Part shown: one piece after another, positions 54,953 to 64,000 of the stretch
Layout of the letters: each line of letters starts with the position of its first letter
Numbering within the stretch: position 1 is the stretch's first letter
From: an uncultured delta proteobacterium
Lineage (GTDB): Bacteria; Myxococcota; Myxococcia; SLRQ01
Reading direction: 5' to 3'
Assembly: GCA_963727485.1 (NCBI GenBank)
Contig: CAVSGM010000003.1
Coordinates: 352,001 to 416,000 of the forward strand
DNA: 64,000 bases
The notes under the pieces: model-generated
Databases searched by the model: none
The model's input: the letters and a program-made list of their open reading frames with translations, nothing else
What the model was told of the DNA's origin: nothing
Made by a program: the position numbers and the translations under genes

Positions 54953-56041
54953 TCAGCCCCAGAGCCGGTCGATGCGCCCGACCTCGACGGCCCGGTCGGC
55001 GGTCTTCCCCAGGACCGTGACCCCGAGGATCATCGCCTGGAAGCGCGGGTCCTGGGTCAGCCCCTGCTTGAAGCGCGCGTAGATCTGCTGGGCGATGACC
55101 GCTACCTTGAACAGGCCGAAGACGTAGTAGAAGAGGATGCCGGCGACGTCGTCGCCGCTCTTCTCGGCGTAGCGCGCCACCACCTCGGCGCGGGTGAGGT
55201 TCCCGGGGAGCGTCGTGGGCCCCACCGGGAGCATCCGCATCTCGGGGCTGTCGTCCGGGTCGACCCAGTAGCCGAGGCTGGTGCCGAGGTCCATCAGCGG
55301 GTCGCCCACCGTGGCCATCTCCCAGTCGAGGACGGCGACGATGCGGGTGAGGTCGGCGGGGTCGAGGACCAGGTTGTCGTACTTGTAGTCGTTGTGGATG
55401 AGCGCCGCCCCGCGCTCGGGGGGCACGTGGTCGAGGAGCCAGGCGGCGGCCCGCTCCACCTCGGGGAGGTCGTCGGTGCGGGCGGCGGCGTAGCGCCGGG
55501 TCCACCCCTCGACCTGCCGGCGCACGTAGCCCTCGGGGTGGCCGAGGTCGCCGAGGCCGCAGGCGGCGAAGTCGACCCCGTGGAGCTCGGCGAGGCCGTC
55601 GACCAGGGCCTCGGAGAGGGCCCGCATCCGCTCGGGCGGCAGCGCCACGCCGGCTGGGGCCTGCTGCTTGCGGAGGATGACGCCCTCGACCCGGTCCATG
55701 AGGTAGAAGGGCGCGCCGAGGACCGCCGGGTCGTCGCAGTAGAGACGGGCCCGGGGCGCCTTGGGGTAGACGTCCGCGAGCCGCGAGAGGATCCGGTACT
55801 CCCGGCCCATGTCGTGGGCGCTCTTGACCTTGGTGCCGAACGGCGGGCGCCGGAGCACCAGCTCCCGGCCCCCGGCGCGCACCAGGTAGGTGAGGTTGGA
55901 GTGGCCCCCGGGGAACTGGAGGACCTCGACCTCGCCTTCGGCCTCGGGCATCCGCTCGGCGATGAACGCCGCCAGGCGCTCGGTGTCCAGGGCCTCGCCC
56001 TCGCGGACCGCCCGCGCCTGGTCCACCGGGCCCTGGCTCAT
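54953..56041 (-). CDS. APH-family phosphotransferase (ACAD10/11 kinase-domain / LvaA-like)
   Basis: [36 protein letters not shown]...GDPL.DL. Confidence 0.88.
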   Translation of the reverse strand: MSQGPVDQARAVREGEALDTERLAAFIAERMPEAEGEVEVLQFPGGHSNLTYLVRAGGRELVLRRPPFGTKVKSAHDMGREYRILSRLADVYPKAPRARLYCDDPAVLGAPFYLMDRVEGVILRKQQAPAGVALPPERMRALSEALVDGLAELHGVDFAACGLGDLGHPEGYVRRQVEGWTRRYAAARTDDLPEVERAAAWLLDHVPPERGAALIHNDYKYDNLVLDPADLTRIVAVLDWEMATVGDPLMDLGTSLGYWVDPDDSPEMRMLPVGPTTLPGNLTRAEVVARYAEKSGDDVAGILFYYVFGLFKVAVIAQQIYARFKQGLTQDPRFQAMILGVTVLGKTADRAVEVGRIDRLWG

Positions 56042-57246
56042 CGGCGGGTCTCCATCCCGTGGCCCCGGAGGATGCGCCGCGCCACCGCCGACTTGTGGAC
56101 CTCGTCGGGGCCGTCGTAGATCCGGGCGGCGCGCTCGTGGGCGTACCAGGAGGCCAGCGGCGTGTCGTCGGTGACCCCCAGGCCCCCGTGGACCTGGATG
56201 GCCCGGTCGAGGACCCGGTTCAGCACCCCGGCCACCTGGAACTTGATGATCGAGATGTCGCTCTTCGCGGCGTAGGCGCCCTCCCGGTCGATGCGCCAGG
56301 CGGTGCGCAGGACCATCAGGCGCGCGGCGTCGATCTCGGCGCGGCTCTCGGCGATCCAGTCCTGGACGTTGCTCCGGGTCCCGAGCGGCTTGCCCGGCGC
56401 CAGCTCCCTCGTCGCGGCCCGGTCGCACATCAGGTCGAAGGCGCGCTCGCAGATCCCGATCCAGCGCATGCAGTGGTGGATGCGTCCGGGCCCGAGGCGC
56501 TCCTGGGCCAGGAGGAAGCCGGCGCCCTCGGCGCCGAGGAGGTTCGCCCTGGGGACCCGCACCTGGTCGAAGCGGGTCTCGCCGTGGCTCGCCCAGCCGC
56601 CGCCGGCGTGGCCCATCACCGAGATGTTGCGCACCAGGCTGTAGCCCTCGGTGTCGGTGGGCACCAGGATCTGGCTCGCCCGGGCGTAGGGGCTCTCGGC
56701 CTCGGGGTCGGTGACCGCCATGCAGATGGCGAGCTGGGCGCCGTCCGCCGAGGAGGTGAACCACTTGTGGCCGGTGATGACGTAGTCGTCGCCGTCATGC
56801 TCGGCCACCGTCGACATCCACACCGGGTTGGAGCCGGCGTGCTCGGGCTCGGTCATGGCGAAGCAGCTGCGGATCTTCCCGGCCACCAGCGGCCCCAGCC
56901 ACCGGTCCTTCTGCTCGGCGGTGCCGTGCTCCAGGAGCAGCTCCATGTTCCCCACGTCCGGGGCGGCGCAGTTGAACACGAAGTGGCCGATGGGGGTGCG
57001 GCCCAACACCTCGCTCAAGTGGGCGAACTCCGAGAGCGAGAGCCCGGCGCCGCCGGCCGCCTTGGGGATGTGGGGGGCGAACAGGCCCATCTCCCGCACC
57101 TGGTCGCGCAGGCCCTCCAGGCGCTCGGCCGAGGCCACGAAGCCGGCGGCCATCACCTCGCCCTCCACGGGGATGAGCTCGGTGTCCACGAACGCGCGCA
57201 CCCGGCTCACCAGCTCCCGGGTCTTCTCCTCGATGCCAAAGTCCAT
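56038..57246 (-). CDS. Acyl-CoA dehydrogenase (ACAD10/11, LvaC-like)
   Basis: [45 protein letters not shown]. Confidence 0.92.
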   Translation of the reverse strand: MDFGIEEKTRELVSRVRAFVDTELIPVEGEVMAAGFVASAERLEGLRDQVREMGLFAPHIPKAAGGAGLSLSEFAHLSEVLGRTPIGHFVFNCAAPDVGNMELLLEHGTAEQKDRWLGPLVAGKIRSCFAMTEPEHAGSNPVWMSTVAEHDGDDYVITGHKWFTSSADGAQLAICMAVTDPEAESPYARASQILVPTDTEGYSLVRNISVMGHAGGGWASHGETRFDQVRVPRANLLGAEGAGFLLAQERLGPGRIHHCMRWIGICERAFDLMCDRAATRELAPGKPLGTRSNVQDWIAESRAEIDAARLMVLRTAWRIDREGAYAAKSDISIIKFQVAGVLNRVLDRAIQVHGGLGVTDDTPLASWYAHERAARIYDGPDEVHKSAVARRILRGHGMETRR

Positions 57247-57270
57247 GACGCCTCCTGCGAGAGTCGGGGC

Positions 57271-57984
57271 TCACCTCCCGGTGAGCAGCTCCGCGGTAAG
57301 ATGGGGCACGGCGTTGAACCGGGCGAGGGACAGGCGCCCGGTGGTGAAGCGCAGCTCGGTGAACGCCGCGTTGACGTGCACCCAGGACAGCCCGAAGACC
57401 TTGTGGGGGTCGGTGGCGCCCACCGCCTCGCCCACCGCGGCGCCGATGGCGCCCCCGGAGGTGAACGCCAGGATCCGCTGCCCGGGCGTCGCCGCCTCGC
57501 ACACCGTGTGGACGCCGGCGGCCACCCGCGCCCGGAAGGCGGCGAAGGGCTCGAGGCCTTCGGCCTCGAGGCGCCCCTCGACCCAGGCGTCGGTGATCAC
57601 CCGGAACACCCGGCCGAAGGCCCGGCGGGCCTCGAGGCTCCCGGTGCCCATGGCGCTGACCGCCTGTTGAAGCGACGGGTCCCGGGCGAGGGCCCAGGGG
57701 ACGCCCCGGGCGATGAGGACCTCGGCGTCGTACTCGTCGAAGGCGGCGTCGAGCTCGGCCTCGGGCCAAGGGCGACCCACGTCGTGGAAGGCGGCGGCGA
57801 CGGCGGCCTCGGTCTCCCGGTGCCGGGCCCGGGGCCCCACCCGCACCCGGTCCACCGCCGCGGGATCGAGGGCGAGGTGCCGCCCCAGGGCCTCGGCCTG
57901 GCGGCGGCCCAGGTCGGTGAGGCCCAGGTAGCCCTCGGGGGCGAAGCGCGCCTGCCCGTGGCGCACCAGCACCAGCTCGCCCAT
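57271..57984 (-). CDS. Histidine phosphatase (phosphoglycerate mutase-like) family protein
   Basis: LVRHGQA, LT..G..QA, R..ET, FDEYD, FTSGG, FN..PHL. Confidence 0.85.
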   Translation of the reverse strand: MGELVLVRHGQARFAPEGYLGLTDLGRRQAEALGRHLALDPAAVDRVRVGPRARHRETEAAVAAAFHDVGRPWPEAELDAAFDEYDAEVLIARGVPWALARDPSLQQAVSAMGTGSLEARRAFGRVFRVITDAWVEGRLEAEGLEPFAAFRARVAAGVHTVCEAATPGQRILAFTSGGAIGAAVGEAVGATDPHKVFGLSWVHVNAAFTELRFTTGRLSLARFNAVPHLTAELLTGR

Positions 57985-58745
57985 CAGACCACGTGCCCGC
58001 CGTCGACCATGTAGACCCCGCCGGTGCAGTAGGCGGCGGCGCCCGAGGCGAGGAAGACCACCGTCCCCGCCACGTCGTCGGGCTCGCCGATGCGGCCCAG
58101 CGGGAGGTGGGAGACGAACTCGCGGGTGATGGACTCGTTCTCCCACAGGGCCCGGCTGAACCGGGTCTTGATGAGGCCCGGGCACACGGCGTTGACCCGG
58201 ATCCCCGACGGCCCCCACTCGCGGGCCAGGACCTTGGTGAGGCTCACCAGGCCCGCCTTGCTCACGCTGTAGATCCCCAGGCCCGGCTCCGGGCGGATCC
58301 CGCCGATGCTGGAGATGTTCACGATGCTCCCGCCTCCGCGCGCGGACATGGAGGGGTGCACCCCTTTGGCGAGCTCGAAGGGCGCCTCGAGGTTGACCTC
58401 CATGATCTTGCGGAAGGCGGCGGCGTCGACGTTGAGCGACGGACCGAAGACCGGGTTGGTGGCGGCGTTGTTCACCAGGACGTCGACGCCGCCGTAGGCC
58501 TCGAGGGTGCGGGCGACCAGGGCCTCCCGGGCCTCGGCGTCGCCCACGTGGCAGGCGATGGCCGTGGCCTCGCCTCCGTCCGCGCGGATGGCCTCGGCCA
58601 CCTGGTCCACCGCCGTCTGCTTGCGGCTGCTGACCACCACCTTGGCGCCGGCCGCCGCGAGCCCCCGGGCCACGGCCTCGCCGATGCCCTTGGACGCCCC
58701 GGTGACCACCGCGACCTTGCCTTCGAGGGAGAAGCGATTGGCCAT
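57984..58745 (-). CDS. Short-chain dehydrogenase/reductase (DHRS4-like)
   Basis: TGASKGIG, NNAATNP, ISS, YSVSK, PGLIKT.FS, VDGG. Confidence 0.93.
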   Translation of the reverse strand: MANRFSLEGKVAVVTGASKGIGEAVARGLAAAGAKVVVSSRKQTAVDQVAEAIRADGGEATAIACHVGDAEAREALVARTLEAYGGVDVLVNNAATNPVFGPSLNVDAAAFRKIMEVNLEAPFELAKGVHPSMSARGGGSIVNISSIGGIRPEPGLGIYSVSKAGLVSLTKVLAREWGPSGIRVNAVCPGLIKTRFSRALWENESITREFVSHLPLGRIGEPDDVAGTVVFLASGAAAYCTGGVYMVDGGHVV

Positions 58746-58855
58746 GGCGGCCACCGTACGGAGCCGGCGGCCCGCGGGCAAGGGGCGCGTGGGGAGGGCG
58801 CCCCCGGGGCGCTTCGGGGGGCGTGGCGGCGGCGCGTGTCTAGGCTTCGTCCGAC

Positions 58856-60343
58856 GTGGACCCCCCGAAGCCTCCGCCGGGCCGCTCGCGGATCGCCGAC
58901 GTCGGGCTCTTCCTGGGCCCGGCGCTGGCGGGGGTGGCCTGGTACGCGCTCCCGGGTGGCTACCTCGGCGACGGCGGCGCCCACGTGGTCCTCGGCCCCG
59001 GCGCCCGGGCCACCGCCGCCACCGGCGCCTGGATGGCCACCTGGTGGCTCACCGAGGCGATCCCCATCCCCGCCACCGCGCTCCTCCCCATCGCGCTCCT
59101 GCCCACCCTGGGGCGGATGAAGGTCGGGGCCGTGACCGCCGCCTACGGCCACCCGCTGATCTTCCTGTTCATGGGCGGGTTCATCCTCTCGCTGGCGATG
59201 CAGCGCTGGGGCCTCCACCGGCGCTTCGCCCTCACCGCGCTCGCCCGGGTGGGCTCACGCCCGGACGCCCTGGTCGCCGGGTTCATGGCGGTCACGGCGC
59301 TCCTGTCCATGTGGGTGTCGAACACGGCCACCGCCCTGATGATGCTCCCGGTGGGCCTCTCGGTGGTGGCGCTGGCCGAGGAGGAGGGCGGGGCGGAGCG
59401 CCTGGGACCGGCGCTGCTCCTGGGCATCGCCTACGCCGCCTCCATCGGCGGCACCGGCACCCTCATCGGCTCGCCGCCCAACGGCTTCTTCGCCTCCTAC
59501 GCCGAGCAGCGCTTCGGCCACCCGGTGGCCTTCACCGACTGGATGCGCTTCGCGCTGCCCTTCATGCTGGTGTTCCTGCCCCTCGCCTGGTGGCTCCTGG
59601 TGCGGGTGCTGGAGCCGGTGGGGCGCCGGCGCCTGCCCGGGGTCGACGCCCTGGTGGCCGAGGCGAAGGCGGGCCTCGGCCGCGCCGACCCCGGCGAGCG
59701 CTGGACCCTCCTGGTCTTCGGCCTCACCGCCCTGGCGTGGATCGTCCGCCCGTTCCTGGCCCGGCTCGGGGCCGGGGGACACCATCCCCTCGCCGGCCTC
59801 TCCGACGCGGGCATCGCCATGACCGCGGCGGCGCTCCTCTTCGTGCTCCCGGTGGACTGGAAGCGCCGGGTGTTCGTCATGGACTGGGAGACCGCGGCGC
59901 GGTTGCCCTGGGGCGTGCTCATCCTCTTCGGCGGCGGGCTGGCGCTGGCCCACGCCATCGACGCCACCGGCCTCGGCGCCTTCGTGGGCCACGCCCTCGG
60001 GGGCCTGAAGGGCGTCCCGGTGTGGGTCCTGGTGCTGGCCGTGACCACGGTGGTCGTCTTCCTCACCGAGCTCACCAGCAACACCGCCACCGCGGCGACC
60101 TTCATCCCCATCCTCGCCAGCGTCGCCACCACCCTCGGCCTCGATCCCTACCTGCTGATGGTGCCGGTGGCGCTCGCGGCGAGCTGCGCCTTCATGCTCC
60201 CGGTGGCCACCCCGCCCAACGCCATCGTCTTCGGCTCCGGGCGCATCTCCATGCGGTCCATGGCCCGGGCGGGGATGGTGCTCAACCTGGTGAGCATCGT
60301 CCTGGTGACCGCGGTGACCCTGCTCCTGGTCCGCGGTCCCTAG
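58856..60343 (+). CDS. SLC13/DASS sodium:dicarboxylate/sulfate symporter
   Basis: WW.TEAIP, SMWVSNTAT, GT.IGSPPN, LFGGG, ELTSNTAT, FMLPVATPPNA. Confidence 0.93.
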   Translation: MDPPKPPPGRSRIADVGLFLGPALAGVAWYALPGGYLGDGGAHVVLGPGARATAATGAWMATWWLTEAIPIPATALLPIALLPTLGRMKVGAVTAAYGHPLIFLFMGGFILSLAMQRWGLHRRFALTALARVGSRPDALVAGFMAVTALLSMWVSNTATALMMLPVGLSVVALAEEEGGAERLGPALLLGIAYAASIGGTGTLIGSPPNGFFASYAEQRFGHPVAFTDWMRFALPFMLVFLPLAWWLLVRVLEPVGRRRLPGVDALVAEAKAGLGRADPGERWTLLVFGLTALAWIVRPFLARLGAGGHHPLAGLSDAGIAMTAAALLFVLPVDWKRRVFVMDWETAARLPWGVLILFGGGLALAHAIDATGLGAFVGHALGGLKGVPVWVLVLAVTTVVVFLTELTSNTATAATFIPILASVATTLGLDPYLLMVPVALAASCAFMLPVATPPNAIVFGSGRISMRSMARAGMVLNLVSIVLVTAVTLLLVRGP

Positions 60344-60352
60344 AGGGCCCGC

Positions 60353-61096
60353 CTAGCGCTGGTCGCCGTGCCACTGGGCCAGCGGGTGGCCGTAGTGGGC
60401 GCGGACCAGCTCCCGGTGGCGCCGGCCCAGGAACGGGCGGATGGCGAGGAGGCCGAAGAGGAACCCGCCGACGTGGGCGAACACCGCGATGCCGCTGCCC
60501 TCGGCGGCGGTGTGGGAGAGCGCCATCGAGGTGCCGTAGAGGAACTGCTGGAGGAACCAGATGCCGAGGAAGAGGATCGCCGGGATCTCGAAGAACAGCG
60601 GGATGAACACGATGAGGATGAGCATCCGCACCCGGACCAGGGGGAAGAGCAGGAGGAAGCCGCCCATGATCCCGGAGATCGCCCCGGAGGCGCCGATCAT
60701 GGGGACGTTCGACGCCGGCGCCATGAGGATCTGGGCGTGGGCGGCGAGGACCCCGGCGAGGAGGTAGAAGACCAGGAACCGGACCCGGCCCATCCGCCCC
60801 TCGAGGACCGAGCCGAAGACCCAGAGGTAGAGCATGTTGCCGCCGATGTGCAGCCACCCGCCGTGGATGAACATCGAGGCGAAGAGGGGCAAGAGCCACA
60901 GATCCACCCTTGCTGGGGCCTGGGTCAGCGCCGCCAGGTAGTGGTGGGGCACCAGCCCGTAGACCTCGATGAACCGGTTCAAGAGGGGCTTGGGCAGCGA
61001 GATCTCGTGGAGGAAGACCACGAAGTTCGCGGCGATGAGCAGCCCGGTTACCAGGGGCAGGTGGAGGCGGCGGATGTAGACGCGCAGCGGGAACAT
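60353..61096 (-). CDS. Rhomboid intramembrane serine protease
   Basis: SMFIHGGWLHIGGNM, GASGA, AHVGG. Confidence 0.93.
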   Translation of the reverse strand: MFPLRVYIRRLHLPLVTGLLIAANFVVFLHEISLPKPLLNRFIEVYGLVPHHYLAALTQAPARVDLWLLPLFASMFIHGGWLHIGGNMLYLWVFGSVLEGRMGRVRFLVFYLLAGVLAAHAQILMAPASNVPMIGASGAISGIMGGFLLLFPLVRVRMLILIVFIPLFFEIPAILFLGIWFLQQFLYGTSMALSHTAAEGSGIAVFAHVGGFLFGLLAIRPFLGRRHRELVRAHYGHPLAQWHGDQR

Positions 61097-61108
61097 GACC
61101 CTCTAGGG

Positions 61109-63119
61109 TTAGGCCCGCGGCGCCCGGCTGGCACGCGCGATCAGATGGGCCACCCGCTCGAGCTCCGCCCGGCGCTGCTCCTCGCGCATCGGCGGCCGGC
61201 CCCGAACCAGGGAGCGCACCGCGCCGGTGTCCGGGGCGAACCACACCGGGAGCGCCGAGCTCCGGCTGCCCCGGAGCAGGGTGAGGGCCGCCTCGGCGAT
61301 CCGGGCCATCGCCTCCCGGGGCGCGGGCCGGGGCCACCACCCGGGAACGCCGGCGGCGGTGGCGGCGGCCTGGATCAGGGGCGCCGCCTCCCGCTCCAGA
61401 AAGGCGAAGGCGGCGTCCCGGCGGTCGTGCCGGCCGAGGGCCTCGGCGACCAGGACCTGCTCCACCCGTGCGGCGTACCGGGTGCCGTGGATCTCGCAGG
61501 CCCGATTCGAGGGCGTCGGCTGCCTCGGGGAGCCGACCCAGGCGCCACAGGGCCTCGCCCTGGTACATGGGCATCGAGGCGCCCACGTAGCCGAGGACCT
61601 CCCGGCCCCGCTCCAGGGCCTCGAGGGCAGCCTCGGGCTCGCCGCTCCGGGTGAGGGTGGCGCCGAGGCCGAACCAGCCCCAGGTGGTCCGGGCTGCCCG
61701 CTCGAGCACCGCCTCGAAGCAGGCCCGGGCGTCGTCGATGCGATCGGCCCAGAGGAGCAGCTCGCCCCGGTAGCACTCGGCCACCGGCGAGTGGTCGACC
61801 TGGTCCAGGAAGCGCTCGAGGGCGGCGAGGGTGTCGTCGATGCCCCGCCAGGTGATCTCGTGCTGGAGGTCCCGGGCGCGGCGCCGCACCGTCGGGAGGA
61901 CGGGCACCGCCTCGAGCCCTCCGGGCCGGGGCCGGGGCCGGGTCGGCCAGGGCGTCAGGTTGTTGCCCAGCGCGGCCAGGCAGGCCTCGGCGGCGGCGAC
62001 CAGGGGCGCCGTGGAGCCGCCCCCGGGGGGCACGGTCACCGGGAAGCCCGCGGCGGTGAGCTGATCGGCGAGCCACTCGTAGCCGCGGGCCTCGAACCAC
62101 CGGGGCGCTCCCCGGGCGAGGTGCACCAGGGCGTGTCTTGCCTTGGCGGCCAGGTAGTCCGGGCGGCGGTTCTTGGCCTCGAAGATGTCGTCGGCGGCGC
62201 CCGCGAGGTCCCCGAGGAGGCGGCGGTGCTCCGCCCGCCAGAGCCACGCCTCGGGCCAGTCGGGGGCGGCGGCGATCACGGCGTCGAGGCGGGTGCCGGC
62301 GTCGTCGGCCCCCCGGCGCACGGCCACCGCCGCGTCCACCAGCTGCGCCAGGGTCGTCTCGGGTGCGCGCGCCAGGGTGTCCCGGGCGAGGCGGCCGGCC
62401 TCGTCGAGGTCCCCTCGGAAGAGGGCGAGCTCGGCGGCGATCGCCTGGGCCGCCGGCACCTCCGGGTGGGCGGCGGCGAGGGCGGCGAGGCGGTCCGGGC
62501 GCCCCTGCTCGAGGTGGAGCTCCCGGGCGGCGGACCAGTCGCCGGTGCCGCTGCGGAGATGGGCGGCGAGGAGGTCGGCCACCGCTTCGGTGTCCCCGGC
62601 GGCGGCGGCCGTCCTGGCGGCGTGGAGGTGCAACCCGGTCCGCTTCGCCTCGGGGAGCCCCTCCTGGGCCAGCCGCTCCCGGATCAGCTCCAGGGCCCGT
62701 GCCGGGGCCCCGGTCCGGGCGAGGAGGAGCGACGCGGTCTCCAGCAGGGCCGGATCCCGAGGCCCGGCCAGGTGCGTCTCGAGCTCGGCGCGGGCCTCCT
62801 CCAGATAGTGGAGGCGGATGAGCCAGGCGAGGCGCATGCGTCGGGGGTAGGCCGGATCCGGTGCCATCCGTGCGGCCGCCTCGAGGTCGGCGAGGCCCTC
62901 GTCGAAGGCGCCGGTGGCCAGGCGCGTCCTTGCCACGAGGAGCCGGGTCGTCGCTCCGTCGGGATCGGCGTCCACCGCCTCGGCGAGACCGGCGCGCAGC
63001 GCCTCCGGGTCCCCGGCGTCGGCGGCCCCCAGGGCCCGCCGGAGGGCCCTGGCAGCGGGCAGGGGCAGGGCTGCGACGGGGAAGCGGGGGCCTCGGCGGC
63101 CGGGCGGCGAGCCAGACAT
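61109..63119 (-). CDS. TPR-repeat protein; one +1 frameshift at ~61506
   Basis: Repeated A..LG..A helical TPR-like units; removing one T at 61504-61508 gives ADALDRACEIHGTRYAARVEQ, which joins ORF 61109-61465. Confidence 0.7.
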
Positions 63120-63216
63120 TGAGCCATGATCCGGGGAATCCGGGGCCCTGTCGAGCGACCCCGGGCCACCGATAGGGATTGGCGAGCCGGTGGGCGCCAT
63201 GGTAATTGGGCGGCCC

Positions 63217-64000
63217 ATGACACGCACCCGGATCCCGTTCCTCGTCCCTGTCTGCGCCCTGCTCGTCGCGGCGGGCTGTGCCACCACCCAGTCCCAGGGT
63301 CCCTCGGGCGCCGAGGCCGTCACAGCCAAGGCCAAGGGGCCCACCCAGAGCTTCAAGTTCGATTGGCCCAAGGAGGCCAAGATGAAGCTCACGGTCCACC
63401 GCACCCAGACCACCGAGGGTGGCGGCAAGACCAACACCTGGGACGGCACCAGCGCCATGCTCCTCACCGCCGAGCACCAGCCGGGCGGCGGGATGGTCGT
63501 GCACGCCACCGATCAGGCCTTCGAGGGCAACCCCAAGGCGCCCTTCCCCGAGCTCCTGGCCCGGGTGGCCACCACCACCATCCCCACCCTGGTGATCAGC
63601 CCCGCCGGGGACCTCGACCGGGTCGACGGGGTCCACAAGATCCTCGACATCTACGCCAGCGCGGCCGGCATCGACCTCTCCAAGGTCCCCGCGGCCCAGA
63701 TGCAGCAGATTGACGCTGCGGTGCAGAAGGCCATGCACTCCACCGCCTCGGACCTGTGGAACAACATGGTGGCCTTCTGGGCCGGGCGGACCGCGCCGGT
63801 GGGCCAGAAGATCACCAAGAAGAACCTGGTGCCCATCCCCGCCCTCGGGGGCGGCCGGGTGACCATGAACCTCGACTACCAGGTGGTGGGCAAGGTGCCC
63901 TGCGTCGCCGGCGAGACCAAGCCCGACTGCGTGCAGGTCGAGCTCGACAGCCACCCCGACGCCACCGAGGTCCACAAGCTCCTCGACCAGCAGCTCAAGC
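63217..64000 (+). CDS. Lipoprotein of unknown function, 3' end runs off the window
   Basis: Read manually: MTRTRIPFLVPVCALLVAAGCATTQSQGPSG...FKFDWPKEAK...; lipobox AAGC; frame open to the end. Confidence 0.75.
   Translation, partial: MTRTRIPFLVPVCALLVAAGCATTQSQGPSGAEAVTAKAKGPTQSFKFDWPKEAKMKLTVHRTQTTEGGGKTNTWDGTSAMLLTAEHQPGGGMVVHATDQAFEGNPKAPFPELLARVATTTIPTLVISPAGDLDRVDGVHKILDIYASAAGIDLSKVPAAQMQQIDAAVQKAMHSTASDLWNNMVAFWAGRTAPVGQKITKKNLVPIPALGGGRVTMNLDYQVVGKVPCVAGETKPDCVQVELDSHPDATEVHKLLDQQLK

Overview
A very GC-rich, gene-dense bacterial chromosomal window. It is probably Myxococcota or a related deltaproteobacterium, inferred from the CxxxY-type CcmE, myxobacteria-style lipoproteins and a TIGR02265/V4R-like protein. 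I see no rRNA, tRNA, CRISPR array or recognisable transposase/integrase. Main finding: a split ethylmalonyl-CoA (EMC)-type pathway. Operon 1 (39548-43492) holds a highly divergent Ccr-like MDR enzyme, a malyl/beta-methylmalyl-CoA lyase-like protein and methylsuccinyl-CoA dehydrogenase. Operon 2 (46992-49933) holds mesaconyl-CoA hydratase and ethylmalonyl-CoA mutase. Both operons sit behind nearly identical sigma70-type promoters that contain the same imperfect palindrome. Also present: a cytochrome c maturation (ccm) operon with a CcmF-CcmH fusion, multi-kinase signalling genes, an lva/ACAD10-11-like cluster, a small secreted HFPD-repeat protein that may be a 7(1)-knot protein, several deletion remnants, and many housekeeping/metabolic genes. 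About 13 single-base frameshifts interrupt otherwise intact genes. Eight of them are the same event (GATC read as GATTC/GAATC), which points to sequencing error at a modified GATC motif rather than true pseudogenes. All functional calls come from motif recognition by eye; no database searches were run.
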